Below, one piece after another: positions 26,195-37,609 of a stretch of DNA of 64,000 nucleotides. The notes beneath the pieces are model-generated. The model made no database searches and was not told the origin of the DNA. It saw only the letters and a list, made by a program, of their open reading frames with translations. Position 1 is the stretch's first letter, and each line of letters starts with the position of its first letter. Source of the DNA: a bacterium (lineage in GTDB: Bacteria; UBA8248); the NCBI GenBank assembly GCA_965213685.1, contig CBDBZY010000056.1, positions 29,324-93,323 of the forward strand, written 5' to 3'. The position numbers and the translations under genes are program-made.

Positions 26195-26645
26195 TGGGAT
26201 ATGGCTGTGTGCAGGCAAGACATGGCATACTAAGACTACATAAGTAACTCCATCCATACTATACATGTATGTCTTTTACAACTGTTTTTCCCTCACCTCA
26301 TTGATAGTCTGTCTCACCCACACTCTGCTATATATCCCTAAACCTACTTTCAATGGCTTTTGACACTGCCATACCTACATACGTACATCCCTCTACATTT
26401 TGGAGAATGTTTCTATACTGGTGTATATGTATGCCTTGTACGTTAAGTGACAGGAGGTTCTGGAAATGTACAGATAGACTTTAGCTACTTGGGAGATATC
26501 GCTGGGTAGAGAAATGCCTGAATGGGGTTGCTAAGTGCCTAGAAAGGCTTAGAACACTAGCATGGAGGAGTGAAGGCTATTGTATGTACACACATTATGG
26601 GCGTGTCAGCGCCATCCCTACATAGAGAGTCTACCGACTCTCTGA
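26195..26645 (-). mobile_element. Family 1 copy 9 (internally deleted)
   Basis: Intact reverse head at 26612-26645, joined via a shortened body to a degenerate palindrome at 26195-26420. Confidence 0.8.
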
Positions 26646-28470
26646 TATATACATGTACATTCCAGGCTGGAGCTGAGAGCTATAACATATTAGGCTCTGG
26701 TCAGAAGAGGTTGGACATGCATCACGTGTTGTAATGAATATCTTTAGAAAAGCAATTTTTTCAGAATCTTTTGGAACCTGTGCACCTGCTCTGTGTGGCC
26801 GAGTGCAGTAGTGGCCAAGTGCGGTACTAGGTTCCATTGCTGTGCCATGAGCCAGGAGAAGCGTCACAGGGGAAGACTCACTCCCACCAGACCCCTGACA
26901 CACTGCAGTTTAGCTCAAAAGCTGTAATTGACTTCATCAATCTGCACAAAACAGTGTGTCTCCAGTTCCTTGCCACATTCCTCACATAAATCAGTTCAAG
27001 AATCAGTTTCTGGAACACAAAGAGCAGCCATCTTTGTTGCCTCATTCCTAGGCTACCATCTCTCATAACGTAACTTGAGCACAACGTGCATGTTCTGGCA
27101 GACATGTTCACAAGTGAGCACATGCGCAGACTATAATGACATTCCAAAGTTACAGTTGCGTTAAAGTCCCTTCCGTGTTAGAGTCAAAAATCAGACTAAG
27201 GAGGGTAGAACTCGAGACTAGACAATCCAAAGAGGGAGAGGACAAAGGGGAAGATAGTGGGGATAAACAATATGCACATGTGCCATACACATCTCTTACC
27301 TTCTCTCTGCTTCTCTGATGCTCTCCTTCTGCATGTAATAACAGCCCATGGATTAACCTGTTTATAGACGGCAACCACCCCTTGTTGCTAGGCAACCACC
27401 AGTTGACCATCAGCAGTTTTTCCAGTAAATCATTGTTCTGTAGATGAAAACTGTTGGATTTCATGATTATTGACCGGCATGTACATGTAGTACAGTACAG
27501 CACAATTTTCACAGACAGATTCACATGTAGTACAGTACAGCACAATTTTCACAGACAGATTCCTTTGAAGCCTAGCTACAACGTCCACATATGCAAGGGG
27601 AGATCCCCTATTTACACAGTCAGATGTACAGATCATGAAAGTATGTGTATCTCCCCTACCAACGTACGTATCTTCAGTGTGCCCCATTTCCAGCAACCCC
27701 CTTTCTATACAGTTTGGCAGGTGTACAGATACTATTCATGAGGTACTTGTTACACTGGGAAGTAGGGGGAGGAACAGGCAAGGAAGTATTCACCACCAAC
27801 CATCACAGACACTCACCACCAACCATCACAGACACATGATAGACACAACGGCTGATAATACCACAACTCCAAGTATTCATCTGAATCACCCCCCACACAA
27901 CACACACCCCTTCTAAATCTGGTCATACATCTACAGGACCAGGACCCACCCACTATAGAACACACACATACTCCAAACATGCATGCACATATGCGTAACT
28001 TGTCCGGGTGGCATAAACACAAAAACTGCATTCACAAAGGTGCTTGTCAGGTTGAAAAGGGGTTCTGAAGACACAATGAGTTATGTACATAATGATGGTA
28101 CATGTTTGATGAAAGAAAGTGTATGAAGCGTAGACAAACATTCATCTAGCTCTATCACTTAGATGTTTTCTAGACAAGCGAATAATAGAACATTCAATTA
28201 CAGTTTCGGGAAAGGGTGGGGCACTACATGAGTCCATCACTCCCTCCCATCCTCTCTCCCTTCTCACCAAGAGCATACATGACTATCTACTAGTTGCTAG
28301 AGCACCTCGTCCACCGTGAACGCTTTTGCACAGAGAGCTGACAACTGTCTTACAGTGGTGTGTAGCTTTTTAAACGTTGGATAGACATAAGAGGTCAGTG
28401 CCACCATGGCACTGAACTGACATGCAACTCTTCATCTTATGAAGTGATGCACACAACAGTCACCCAATGT

Positions 28471-28511
28471 GCAGGACGCGCGTTTCGGCCATACCAGGCC
28501 TCATCAGCTGC
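28471..28511 (-). ncRNA. Minimal type I hammerhead ribozyme (Penelope-associated type)
   Basis: Minus strand: GCAG CUGAUGA GGCC-UGGUAU-GGCC GAAA C-GCGC-G UC CUGC. Core is complete, stems I and II pair, stem III is short and palindromic, and stem I extends via GUCACC/GGUGAC. Confidence 0.85.
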
Positions 28512-28989
28512 GCTGGGGTGACCGGGAGTGTGGGTACTACACGTCATACACGTGCAACACAGATGGCTGGCCTTAAGTCTTCACAGTCACACAGCTTGGT
28601 AGCTTATAGCAGTGCTCATCTTCTTCAGTCAGCTCAGCTTCCTCTTTAGGACAAACGCTACCTCGATGGTAACTATTGAAACGGCGCTTGTCGCGCCTAG
28701 CAACAACAGCCCCAGATACACAGGGAAACACAAACTTTACTCTCCCTCTAATTGTGACCTCAAGCTTGTTTTCATTGTGCAGCCGCTCTTTATCACGGGG
28801 TATGCTAGCACCCTGCATATAAGTATTGCCCAGGTCACTCGCATCAACCCTCTACATTTGAAATTTTGGGTTTCACTTTCAAATACTACACCTAAGAATA
28901 TCCAAGTGACAAACAGGCAAAAAAAGAGATTTATCAAAAATTGGTGAAAGTATATTGCATATGGTGTGAGATATTAGGAAAGTGTGATA

Positions 28990-29524
28990 CTGTAATACTT
29001 CTTCAATATCGTTTGCACAAAGTTTAGTCTCCCTGCTGTGGCGTGCCACCTGTTGGAAATACAGTACCAGTATATGTACACATAGTATTATTATTAGCAG
29101 TGTTAGCAATATATACATAGATTTACGTTTTGTACACTATTCTGCATATACGCATCCTTGCAAAATACTATCGGTATGCTCACCCTGTGTGTCAGCATAG
29201 GACTGTACATCAGACTGATAAGCATCATAGTACTGCATATTGCCATAGTGAGGTGGAGGTGATGGATGTGGTGCAAGATGCTCTACATGTAGAATTGTAT
29301 GTGGTTCTTCACGTATATATCTTTGCTAAATTGTATTGGCATTTTTCCTAACCCTGTGTGTCAGCATAGGACTGTACATCAGGATAGTCAAAGTCCTGCA
29401 TGCTTCCTAGTTCACCTTGAGACATCTCTGCACGATCATCAAACTGCTCTGTGGCAAAATCGTCATACACAATTGGAACACTCAGCACAGTCCCAACAGT
29501 GCAGAGGGTCAGGTAGGGCTTCAT
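28990..29524 (-). pseudogene. Secreted prepro-protein gene, partial copy 1: exons 29524-29353 and 29282-29184, broken exon from 29049
   Basis: MKPYLTLCTVGTVLSVP (signal-like) plus acidic segments ending DVQSYADTQ; canonical phase-1 GT-AG introns; the third exon is out of frame and truncated. Confidence 0.7.
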
Positions 29525-29617
29525 GATGACTGTGGTGGCTTCGTCAGGAGGTTGTTGATTGGAGATTTCGCTGGATGCTCCTGGAAGAACTAGTGCTGCA
29601 CTGCTGAACCTTCAGCT

Positions 29618-29627
29618 TTTTTATAGC
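29618..29627 (-). promoter_or_regulatory. TATA box of the secreted-protein gene
   Basis: CTATAAAAAA about 95 bp upstream of the ATG at 29524. Confidence 0.5.
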
Positions 29628-30469
29628 CCATAAGTGGCCCTCCCATACCAAAACGTTGGATGAGGAAGTAGTGCATGCAATAGGTTTTCGTGTACGTGTC
29701 ACATACTGTGTCGCACGTGCGTGACGTTAATTATCGTACTAGTTCGACATAATAGCAAAAATGGAAGTTTAATATTTAGCTAACGGTTAAACCGTTATAT
29801 AACTGGACAGTTGTCGAAGAGCAGACTTGCTGCAAACCGCAATAGGGCTACTAGCCATCAGAACCCTGCATCGCCCGTGCAAGCAGTGCGCAATACGCTT
29901 GTTTACGCAATCAGCATTCTCTAATTGCGATTGCGTGGTAAACTTCGTGCCAAGTGCGCGCGCGACCGAGGAACAGGACTGGGGGCCAGGAATCGCTCAG
30001 CCTGTGGGTCCACATGAAAGCTTACTTCTACCGCGCTCACGCCACCCACGCGCAAACGAACGCCCTCGTTTAGACCCACGCATTTCCTGTAGTTGGTACC
30101 GCACGGTTTGAGTAATGTAATTGGAACAGTATAGACCTTTTGTGCTAAGAATGTGGTGTATCTACGGGAGAGTCTGAGTAAAGGGTTTGATGATTCAATA
30201 TAGCTACTAGATTTCACTGTTACATGACAAAACTCACAAAAGAATGGTTGCATCGTGTATTGACCCCTCGGAAGTAAACGAACCTCCCCTATATACTGGC
30301 TGTTGTAGCAACAGCAAGAAACAAAAGAAACACGAAGTCAGGATTTCGAGTATGTGTGGATATCTCATTGTTTGCGTACGTGTGGTCTCTCGTCATTTGC
30401 TTACCTGTACATGCTCTGTGCGTGCCCGTACAACACACATATAAAGCAAGACTTCATGGGAACATTTAA

Positions 30470-31618
30470 GGGAGGGCGAGTCATGATTGCGTTCTTCCTC
30501 AATTACTCTACCGTCGCTTTCCTCCTACATTTACCAACGCTAAAACGACAGCAATTCGTTGGCGCGGTTGCAAATTCGCTGGGAAAAAATTCATACTTCC
30601 CGCTACCGTTGGACGTGCGGCGCTGTGTGGCGCCAACCGGTGAAGAGGTGGATGCTCGCCAAAGGGGAGTGAACTAGTTTATGCGCAATGGGTTGCTCGA
30701 GGCTTGGCTTGCTACTTTATGGCAGAATTTGCTACCGTTTTTCTAAATTCTGCAGAACGAAGAAAACGATTATATGTCTAGAAAGAAAGATTTAGCACGG
30801 ATTTTAAAGCAAACTTAGATAGCCAACATGCTTAGTAATCATCCACCGAAGTTTCGTCTCTGCAGCATTAGCCGTTATTGGCAAATGTTTTTTCTATAAT
30901 TAGCGATATGCATATTGCGTAAATTTTAAAATTCTATGAACCGACATATCACGCAAAACTACGTTATTTCGCTAACAGGCATCATTAGGAGAATACAATA
31001 AAACATAATTCAGGCAAAATCATGTCTTAGGGTTGTCCTGCCTTAAGGGAGGGCGAGTCATGATTGCGTTCTTCGTCAAATACTCTACCGTCGCTTTCCC
31101 CCTACATTTACCAACGCTAAAACGGCAGCAATTCTTTGGCGCGGTTGCAAATTGGCTGGGAAAAAATTCATATTTCCCGCTACCGTTGGACGTGCGGTGC
31201 TGTGTGGCGCCAACCGGTGAGGAGGTGGATGCTCGCCAAAGGGAGTGAACTAGTTTATGCGCAATGAGTTGCTCGAGGCTTGGCTTGCTACTTTACGGCA
31301 GAATTTGCTACCGTTTTCTAAATTCTGCAGCACGAAGAAAACGATTATATGTCTAGAAAGAAAGATTTAGCACGGATTTTTAAAGCAAACTTAGGTAGCC
31401 AACATGCTTAGTAATCATCCATCGAAGTTTCGTCTCTGCAGCATTAGCCGTTATTGGCAAATTTTTTTTCTATAATTAGCGATATGCATATTGCGTAAAT
31501 TTTATAATTCTATGAACCGACATATCACGCAAAACTACTTAATTTCGCTAACAGGCATCATTAGGAGAATACAATGAAACATAAATCAGGCAAAATCATG
31601 TCTTAGGGTCGTCCTGCC
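30470..31618 (+). mobile_element. Two head-to-tail Kolobok-type non-autonomous elements of about 573 bp (30470-31042, 31047-31618)
   Basis: TTAA at 30466, 31043 and 31619; GG...CC termini with imperfect TIRs sharing CATGATT. Confidence 0.85.
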
Positions 31619-31989
31619 TTAACTATGTGCACTTTGTATTCCGTATATCCCATGGTCTCAATAATCGGTGTCAATTGTTGCGTACACTTTCAATATGCCT
31701 CTAGCTCTGGGGCTCTGGTGCATTTTGGAATGGCGTCGTTCTCGGATTCCATTTGCTCTGCCTGCTGTCGGTCTCTGCACAGTATTGGCAATAGGCGGGC
31801 ACTTCATCGTTTAGACACAGTCCATGCCTGTGTGGAGTCTTGTATGTGTAAGTCGAACAGATACGGAGACTCACTAACACCCATTTTCCTTCTATATAAG
31901 TTCTTGACGTCGTGTCTGGTGTGGTGTCATCTCTAAATAACCCAGAAATGCTGTAGAAAGGAGCCTGCATTTGCTGAAGCTACACCCAG

Positions 31990-32357
31990 CAGTGGCGGCT
32001 CCTGGGGGGTTTCTGGGGTTTCTAAAAATTGGCCGAACTTCGCTCGCCATTAACATCAAGCGCAGCGCTACGCGTGCGCATTGAATATTGGCGGTGAGAA
32101 TGCAAGGTGACATTTGTACTGATTTTGTTTACACAACTGCTCAACATATGGCTCAAATTCAATCTCTGAAGGCCTAATTTTCAAAAATTTCCTGGGGGGG
32201 CATGCCCTCAGACTCCCTAAGTAGTCTCGCGCGCGTCGCATACGTTTCGCAAATACGTATGGCTCGCGAGATTACCCCCCAAGTACTGCAGTGTTTCGTC
32301 TGCAGCAAATTCTTAGCCCTTAGAAACTACTCAACTTTTGTTCAGGAGCCGCCCCTG
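31990..32357. mobile_element. hAT-like MITE
   Basis: TIRs CAGTGGCGGCTCCTG / CAGGAGCCGCCCCTG, flanked by a CCCAG duplication. Confidence 0.75.
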
Positions 32358-32982
32358 CCCAGAAATGTAAAAGGTACGTACAATTATGTTAATTATGTGA
32401 CTGTTGCAATCTCATTGGACTGCCATGAATTCCGGCAGGCGAAACGAAATCCTGGCCAGAGTGATCATGCAGAAATAATTTCTTCCAGTGAAAATTACAG
32501 CTGGCTTGCGAGACTAAGTATAGCCTACATAAGGACGTAAAGTATACACTTCCGTTGAGAGATATCCGGTATTAGGGATACGGTTACTTGTATGGTCTTG
32601 TATAACTTGTCCGCAATGCCTGCACACTGCCATTCCTACATTCTTATTTTATACTTTTGTAATATAGCTGGCACAAAAAGAACTCATTTTCTTGAACATT
32701 AATTTGCAGAGTGATGATACAGTGTTTGTCCCTCTCCTAAGTTGATCACAGTTGCTTATGATACTTGTCCACCCACTTCTTTGACGACATTATGTGGTTC
32801 TAGAAACGTTCATGGCCTAGTGGCACTTCTCTAGCACATGTACATACATACATGTGGGATATGCACTATGGACAGCATTGGCACAGCTAACTAACATTGT
32901 AGATGACTGATTCTAGCCTGAGTACAGTTATTTTTGTCCAGTTTCACAATCCAATGTCCATTACAGTGTCTTCTTAGTGGCA

Positions 32983-33887
32983 TTATTTAAGTCTGATTTC
33001 GAAAACTTCTCCAGGACATTTGTCATAGGGTGGATGTATTCCTGGACAGCTATGGAGGATTGGAATACCAGCACCAGGTTTTAGGTATTGTTTTCCAACA
33101 GGATAGTAAAGGATGATAGTATCTTGATCTTGAATAATTTGCCCACTCTTTTACCTTCAGCATAGATATGGAATACTTCAGCTCCACAGTATATCCAGGA
33201 ATCTGCTCTATGGAATCCATAGATCCTGTTTGGAAGACCAGGGCACTGGCTTTGTAGGTGTCCTCGGTTTCTGTACATTGAGAACCATTTCCTGGCTCTG
33301 GGGAAGTAAATTGCGACATAATCTCCCACTTGAATGAAACCTGGTCCGTTGTTGTGGTAGATTTGAAACACATTTTCGGCACATGTTGTCCAGTCACTTG
33401 TGTCCATGATCATGCCAGGGCAAGTGCTTGTGGAGCAGTATCCTGATCCTGTTGGGGGACACCTCAGATAGCTGTTTTTGTCATATCGAATCACAACAGT
33501 TTTTCCATGCATCACACCTGGAGTGAAGAGAAAGTAGTATAAGTAAAAAATGGTGTGTTTCTGTTTACTAACTTGTTGGCCGCCGCCACCCAAAAAACTC
33601 AGCCTTGGCAAGCTTCTCTATTCCCTGTGGGCGTTTCTTCAGCTCTTCAATATCTTTCTCAGGAAGTTTTATCTCTCCTTCACGACCTATTGAAAATACA
33701 GGCTACTACCAGTATATGCATGGCAGTAATAACAATAATAGAAATACGTATTGTACACAGTTTTGCACATGCATGTATCTTTGCAAAATACTACAGGTAT
33801 GCTCACCCTGTGTGTCAGCATAGGAATGTGTGTCAGAGTGATAAGCATCATCGTACTGCATGTTGCCATAGCCAGGTAGCATTTCCC
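32983..33887 (-). pseudogene. Secreted prepro-protein gene, partial copy 2: exons 33887-33807, 33686-33573 and 33517-32983 (three-repeat Cys domain; 1-nt frameshift at about 33142)
   Basis: Phase-1 GT-AG exons paralogous to copy 1; last exon has three repeats ending CPG...C(A/G/P)xxVFxI; no first exon found. Confidence 0.7.
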
Positions 33888-34023
33888 CTATATGAATTAT
33901 GTATTGTGCATAATTCTTCACATATACATTTTTGTAAAAATTTTGTATCGGCATTCTCACTCATGGACACTGTGCATGTACTATAGAGTAGTTCATGTGT
34001 TCCAGGTGAGTTGCTTTGCACTT

Positions 34024-34590
34024 TCATAGTATTGACATCCAATTACCTGCGTGGCTGTAATATGTGATGAAGCCATCAACAGTTAGTTGGGAGACGTGGT
34101 GCTTCCTCATGGTCTGGCTGCTGAGTGTGATGGCTTTCTGGATGTGGGCCACTAGTGACTGAGGCACCAGCCAGGTAATCACCACAGACCCCATTGTCAC
34201 TTTCATCTGCATCGAGTATCAAGATGAAAGGTAAAATGTGAAAGCACTTTTATACTGTTTAAAAATTACTCCAGGTCTTCTAATACCTGAATGCGTTTAC
34301 CACTCTTGCTGTGCTCTTTGGGTCTCATCTTTGTTTTTATCAGAAGGACCTACAGTCAGGAAAAATAATCTCATCGGCATATTTTATGTATAATCCCTAG
34401 AATGTGTGTGTGCATGTATACCTGAGTTTTCAGTGGGTGGCCTGGGTTTGACCACAGAGCCTTCACTCTCTTGGTCTGGTTCGAGAAAACATAGCTGCAA
34501 AATGATCACTAATAAAGTTGAGTTAATGTGATCACTATTCACATAGCATGAGCAGGATCAAAGGTACAACTGATGCTTTCTATTGTACAA
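34024..34590 (-). pseudogene. Fragments of another spliced gene (micro-exons plus a GSVVITWLVPQSLVAHI segment)
   Basis: Several AG/GT-bounded short segments and a protein-like 62-aa ORF; no coherent model. Confidence 0.3.
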
Positions 34591-34761
34591 TGAAAGGTGC
34601 TTCCAGTACAATTGTATGTTTGCAGCCTGTATAGCCATATATTGCATGACTTACCATCATGACCTATCATCATGTGGCACTGGTGTAATAATGCACTTAG
34701 CTGCATCCAGAATTTCAACTGCCATAAATGTGTGTGCATGGCTCACTGAGTTGTATACCTA

Positions 34762-35056
34762 CAAGTATTGAAACATTTTCCAAGAACGAAGAGGAGTGTA
34801 GGGATGGCACTGCCAAAAACCACAGGAACTACATAGGTGCAGGGATGGCAGTATGCAGGTTACACATGGACTACACAAGTAACCTCATCCCTACATCTCT
34901 TTTTATACATGACAAATGTAGGGGTGGGGTTACTTGTGTAGTCCTTGTGTAACGTGTCTTGCCTGCACACAGCCATCCCTATACACCTAGTTTTTGCGTT
35001 CATGGCACTGCCATCCCTACATCCCACTACATCTTCGAAAATGTTTTTAATACTTG
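34762..35056. mobile_element. Solo terminal palindrome of family 1
   Basis: A|CAAGTATTGAAACATTTTC...GAAAATGTTTTTAATACTTG|T with a shortened loop and no recognisable head or body adjacent. Confidence 0.8.
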
Positions 35057-35718
35057 TACGTTATGGCGTCTTATCTTGTGTAGCCCATCGACTGTCTCAT
35101 GAGTTTAAAGAGCCTATAGTCGATTTTGCTGGTGCAGGTTGGGACTCCCAAGGCCGGCGCAAGCGGTACGGCCAGTACGGTTTTGGCGACCCACTCCTTT
35201 GAACTGGTACGGTTGGCTCAGCCATGAACCATTGGTTAAATAGACAAATTATTGTCCCGCCCCAGGCCCGTAGGCAGCAAACAAAGTGTGTGGATGCTTT
35301 TTTAGGTGAAGTGGACCATCACCAAAACCCTCCGCGCAAAAACAATGCTAACTTATCTATTCAAAAATGTTGTTTACTTCATATAGCATAATGCTGATGA
35401 TACATGTAATTAGTTTTTCAAAAGGTGACGTACACTTAGGCATTTTTAACAATAATAATAATAATAATAATAATTATCTTTTATATACATGACACAGCCA
35501 GGGTGGCTATATGTCTTATTTGACTAATAACAAAGACCGGTATGCAAAAGCAGCTAAACAATTAATCATATAAGGGTCATGAGTCTGCATGAGTAAGATG
35601 AATTTCTCTATATATACGGCTCAGGGATTCAAAGTGCGGGTTGACTCTCCCTACCAGGTTGAAAAACTCCCTCCTTATATGTGCATTGCGGGTACATATG
35701 CATAGCAGGTGAGCTTCA

Positions 35719-37606
35719 TCACACCTACAGTAGTAGGTGTATATAGGGATTGGCCAGGGTCCTCAGCATCAAACCTGTACATTTGAAATTTGCAATTTTC
35801 ATTTTCACTATGGAAGCAATCTGACTTCTAGTGGTATCCAAGTTAAGAGTATGCAAAATGTTAACTGTACCTTAAAAATTGTGGGAAAATACTTTATAAG
35901 GTGTGTTATATACGCAAAAATTCATTTCACAAATTGTCCTTCTTGCTGTTCCAGTTGAAGAAGCGAAACTCAATAACCATATGCATAGTACCATTAACCA
36001 TGATAATGCACATGTAGGTACATGGCATTGATGGCTAGTGCATAGGCATAATTTTTTTTCGTTAACCCCTTCACTTCTTGAGATATTGATGATTATCTAG
36101 CATCTCCATGTACTTTGTGTATTGAACATACATTATAAATTCAAATGAGGGTAACTACGCGCGCTTTAATGAGCGCTTAAATCACCAATTTTTGCGCTTA
36201 CGTCTTAGATACGGTACATAGATACTTGAAATCCACTTACACGCATATGTCGCGTGGTCACTGGCCGGCTGGCAGCTGTTGCGCGCGCCGCATGCTCACG
36301 TGCACGTGCGCCGCGCCGTTCGGGCGGGCTTCTAGCGCAAAGACAAGTACCGCGAACCGTGCGTGTAGCCTCGCTGCCCCAGTAGTTCTTAGGCGACGGA
36401 CGGCTTTAGCTAAACGGGACTAGCGCGGCGAGTGTAGCCATGTTCTCTAGACGTGTGATAGCGCAATGTGGCCCACCGGCTGGCGTACCTTTCAACGCTT
36501 CAGTCTCGTGGACTACTGCACGCAATGTCGTTAGAAGTGGGGACCATTGAAAAAGGACTAGAGCAGAGACTATAGTGCGGTACCGTCCAATACTGTACGT
36601 ACATCCTAGGCTACATTCTTAAGCCGTTTGGAGGCCGTGTGGGGCCGCCATGGGCTGGGCCTTAGCAACGCAAGGACCCAGGGGTTATTTTTATGCCTTG
36701 GTTACGCAGCTGCCAATTTCTGACCTGCGTTTGACTGTGATATGTGTTGAAGTTACTATCAGGTCTGTGTTTGGTGGACTCGGAAGCTAAGAAGGCGTGC
36801 TCAACACAGGCTGAAACGAACCAGGGAGATCTATCTATATGCACACTGCACTGCTACATATACATGTACTCTGCATCACGTGCATATCACAGTGCACTAG
36901 CACAAGTAGTTCTTCCTGCATATATCATATCACCTGTTGAAATCCATGCAGAATTGGAAAAGGTTTTACTGATACATTTTACTGTGTGCTAGTGTGGCTT
37001 TCATTGTATTATTTTCAACACTCTTGCTGAAAGCAGCAAAAAAAGGAGAGGAGACAAGTAAATTAAAAAAATTCAAATTTCGAAGGGAATATAGGGATTG
37101 CATAAAAAAGGAATGGAGACAAACCTGGATGTAGAGTACATAGTTGTCATGGGAACGATGATGAAGCATGGAGTACCTCATGCCTGATTATGCAACACAA
37201 GCCCTATATTGTTGAGCTGAGTTTCATGGAAACACAGAAATCACATGACTTGATCAATGAAGGACCATCACTGACCACGGAGGGACCACCCCAGACCAAT
37301 GTGGTACATGTCACATTTAGGACAGAATTTAAGTCTGATTTTGAACTACCTATCCCTGTCATCTGTCTTGCACTCCTACACCAACTTGCATACTTTTGTG
37401 TATATAGTGATAGTAGCTTTTGAAGGGACACGTTGGTGGCTGCTCAACAATATAGGGCTTGTGTTGCATAATCCGGCATGAGGTACTCCATGCTTCATCA
37501 TCGTTCCCATGACAAGTAGTTACAATAATAGCATGTACTCTACATCCAGGTCTTGTCTCCATCCCTATAATATTCCTTTTGAAATTTCAATTTTTTAATT
37601 TACTTG
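35719..37606 (+). mobile_element. Palindrome-ended Helitron-like element, family 2, copy 1
   Basis: A|TCACACCTAC-AGTA-GTAGGTGT-ATATAGGGATTGG head; arms about 37055-37218 and 37442-37606; ends TACTTG|T. Confidence 0.85.
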
Positions 37607-37609
37607 TCT

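Noticed and set aside
28520-28960. Possible Penelope RT/GIY-YIG remnant beside the ribozyme
   Set aside because: No convincing motifs could be read in any frame.
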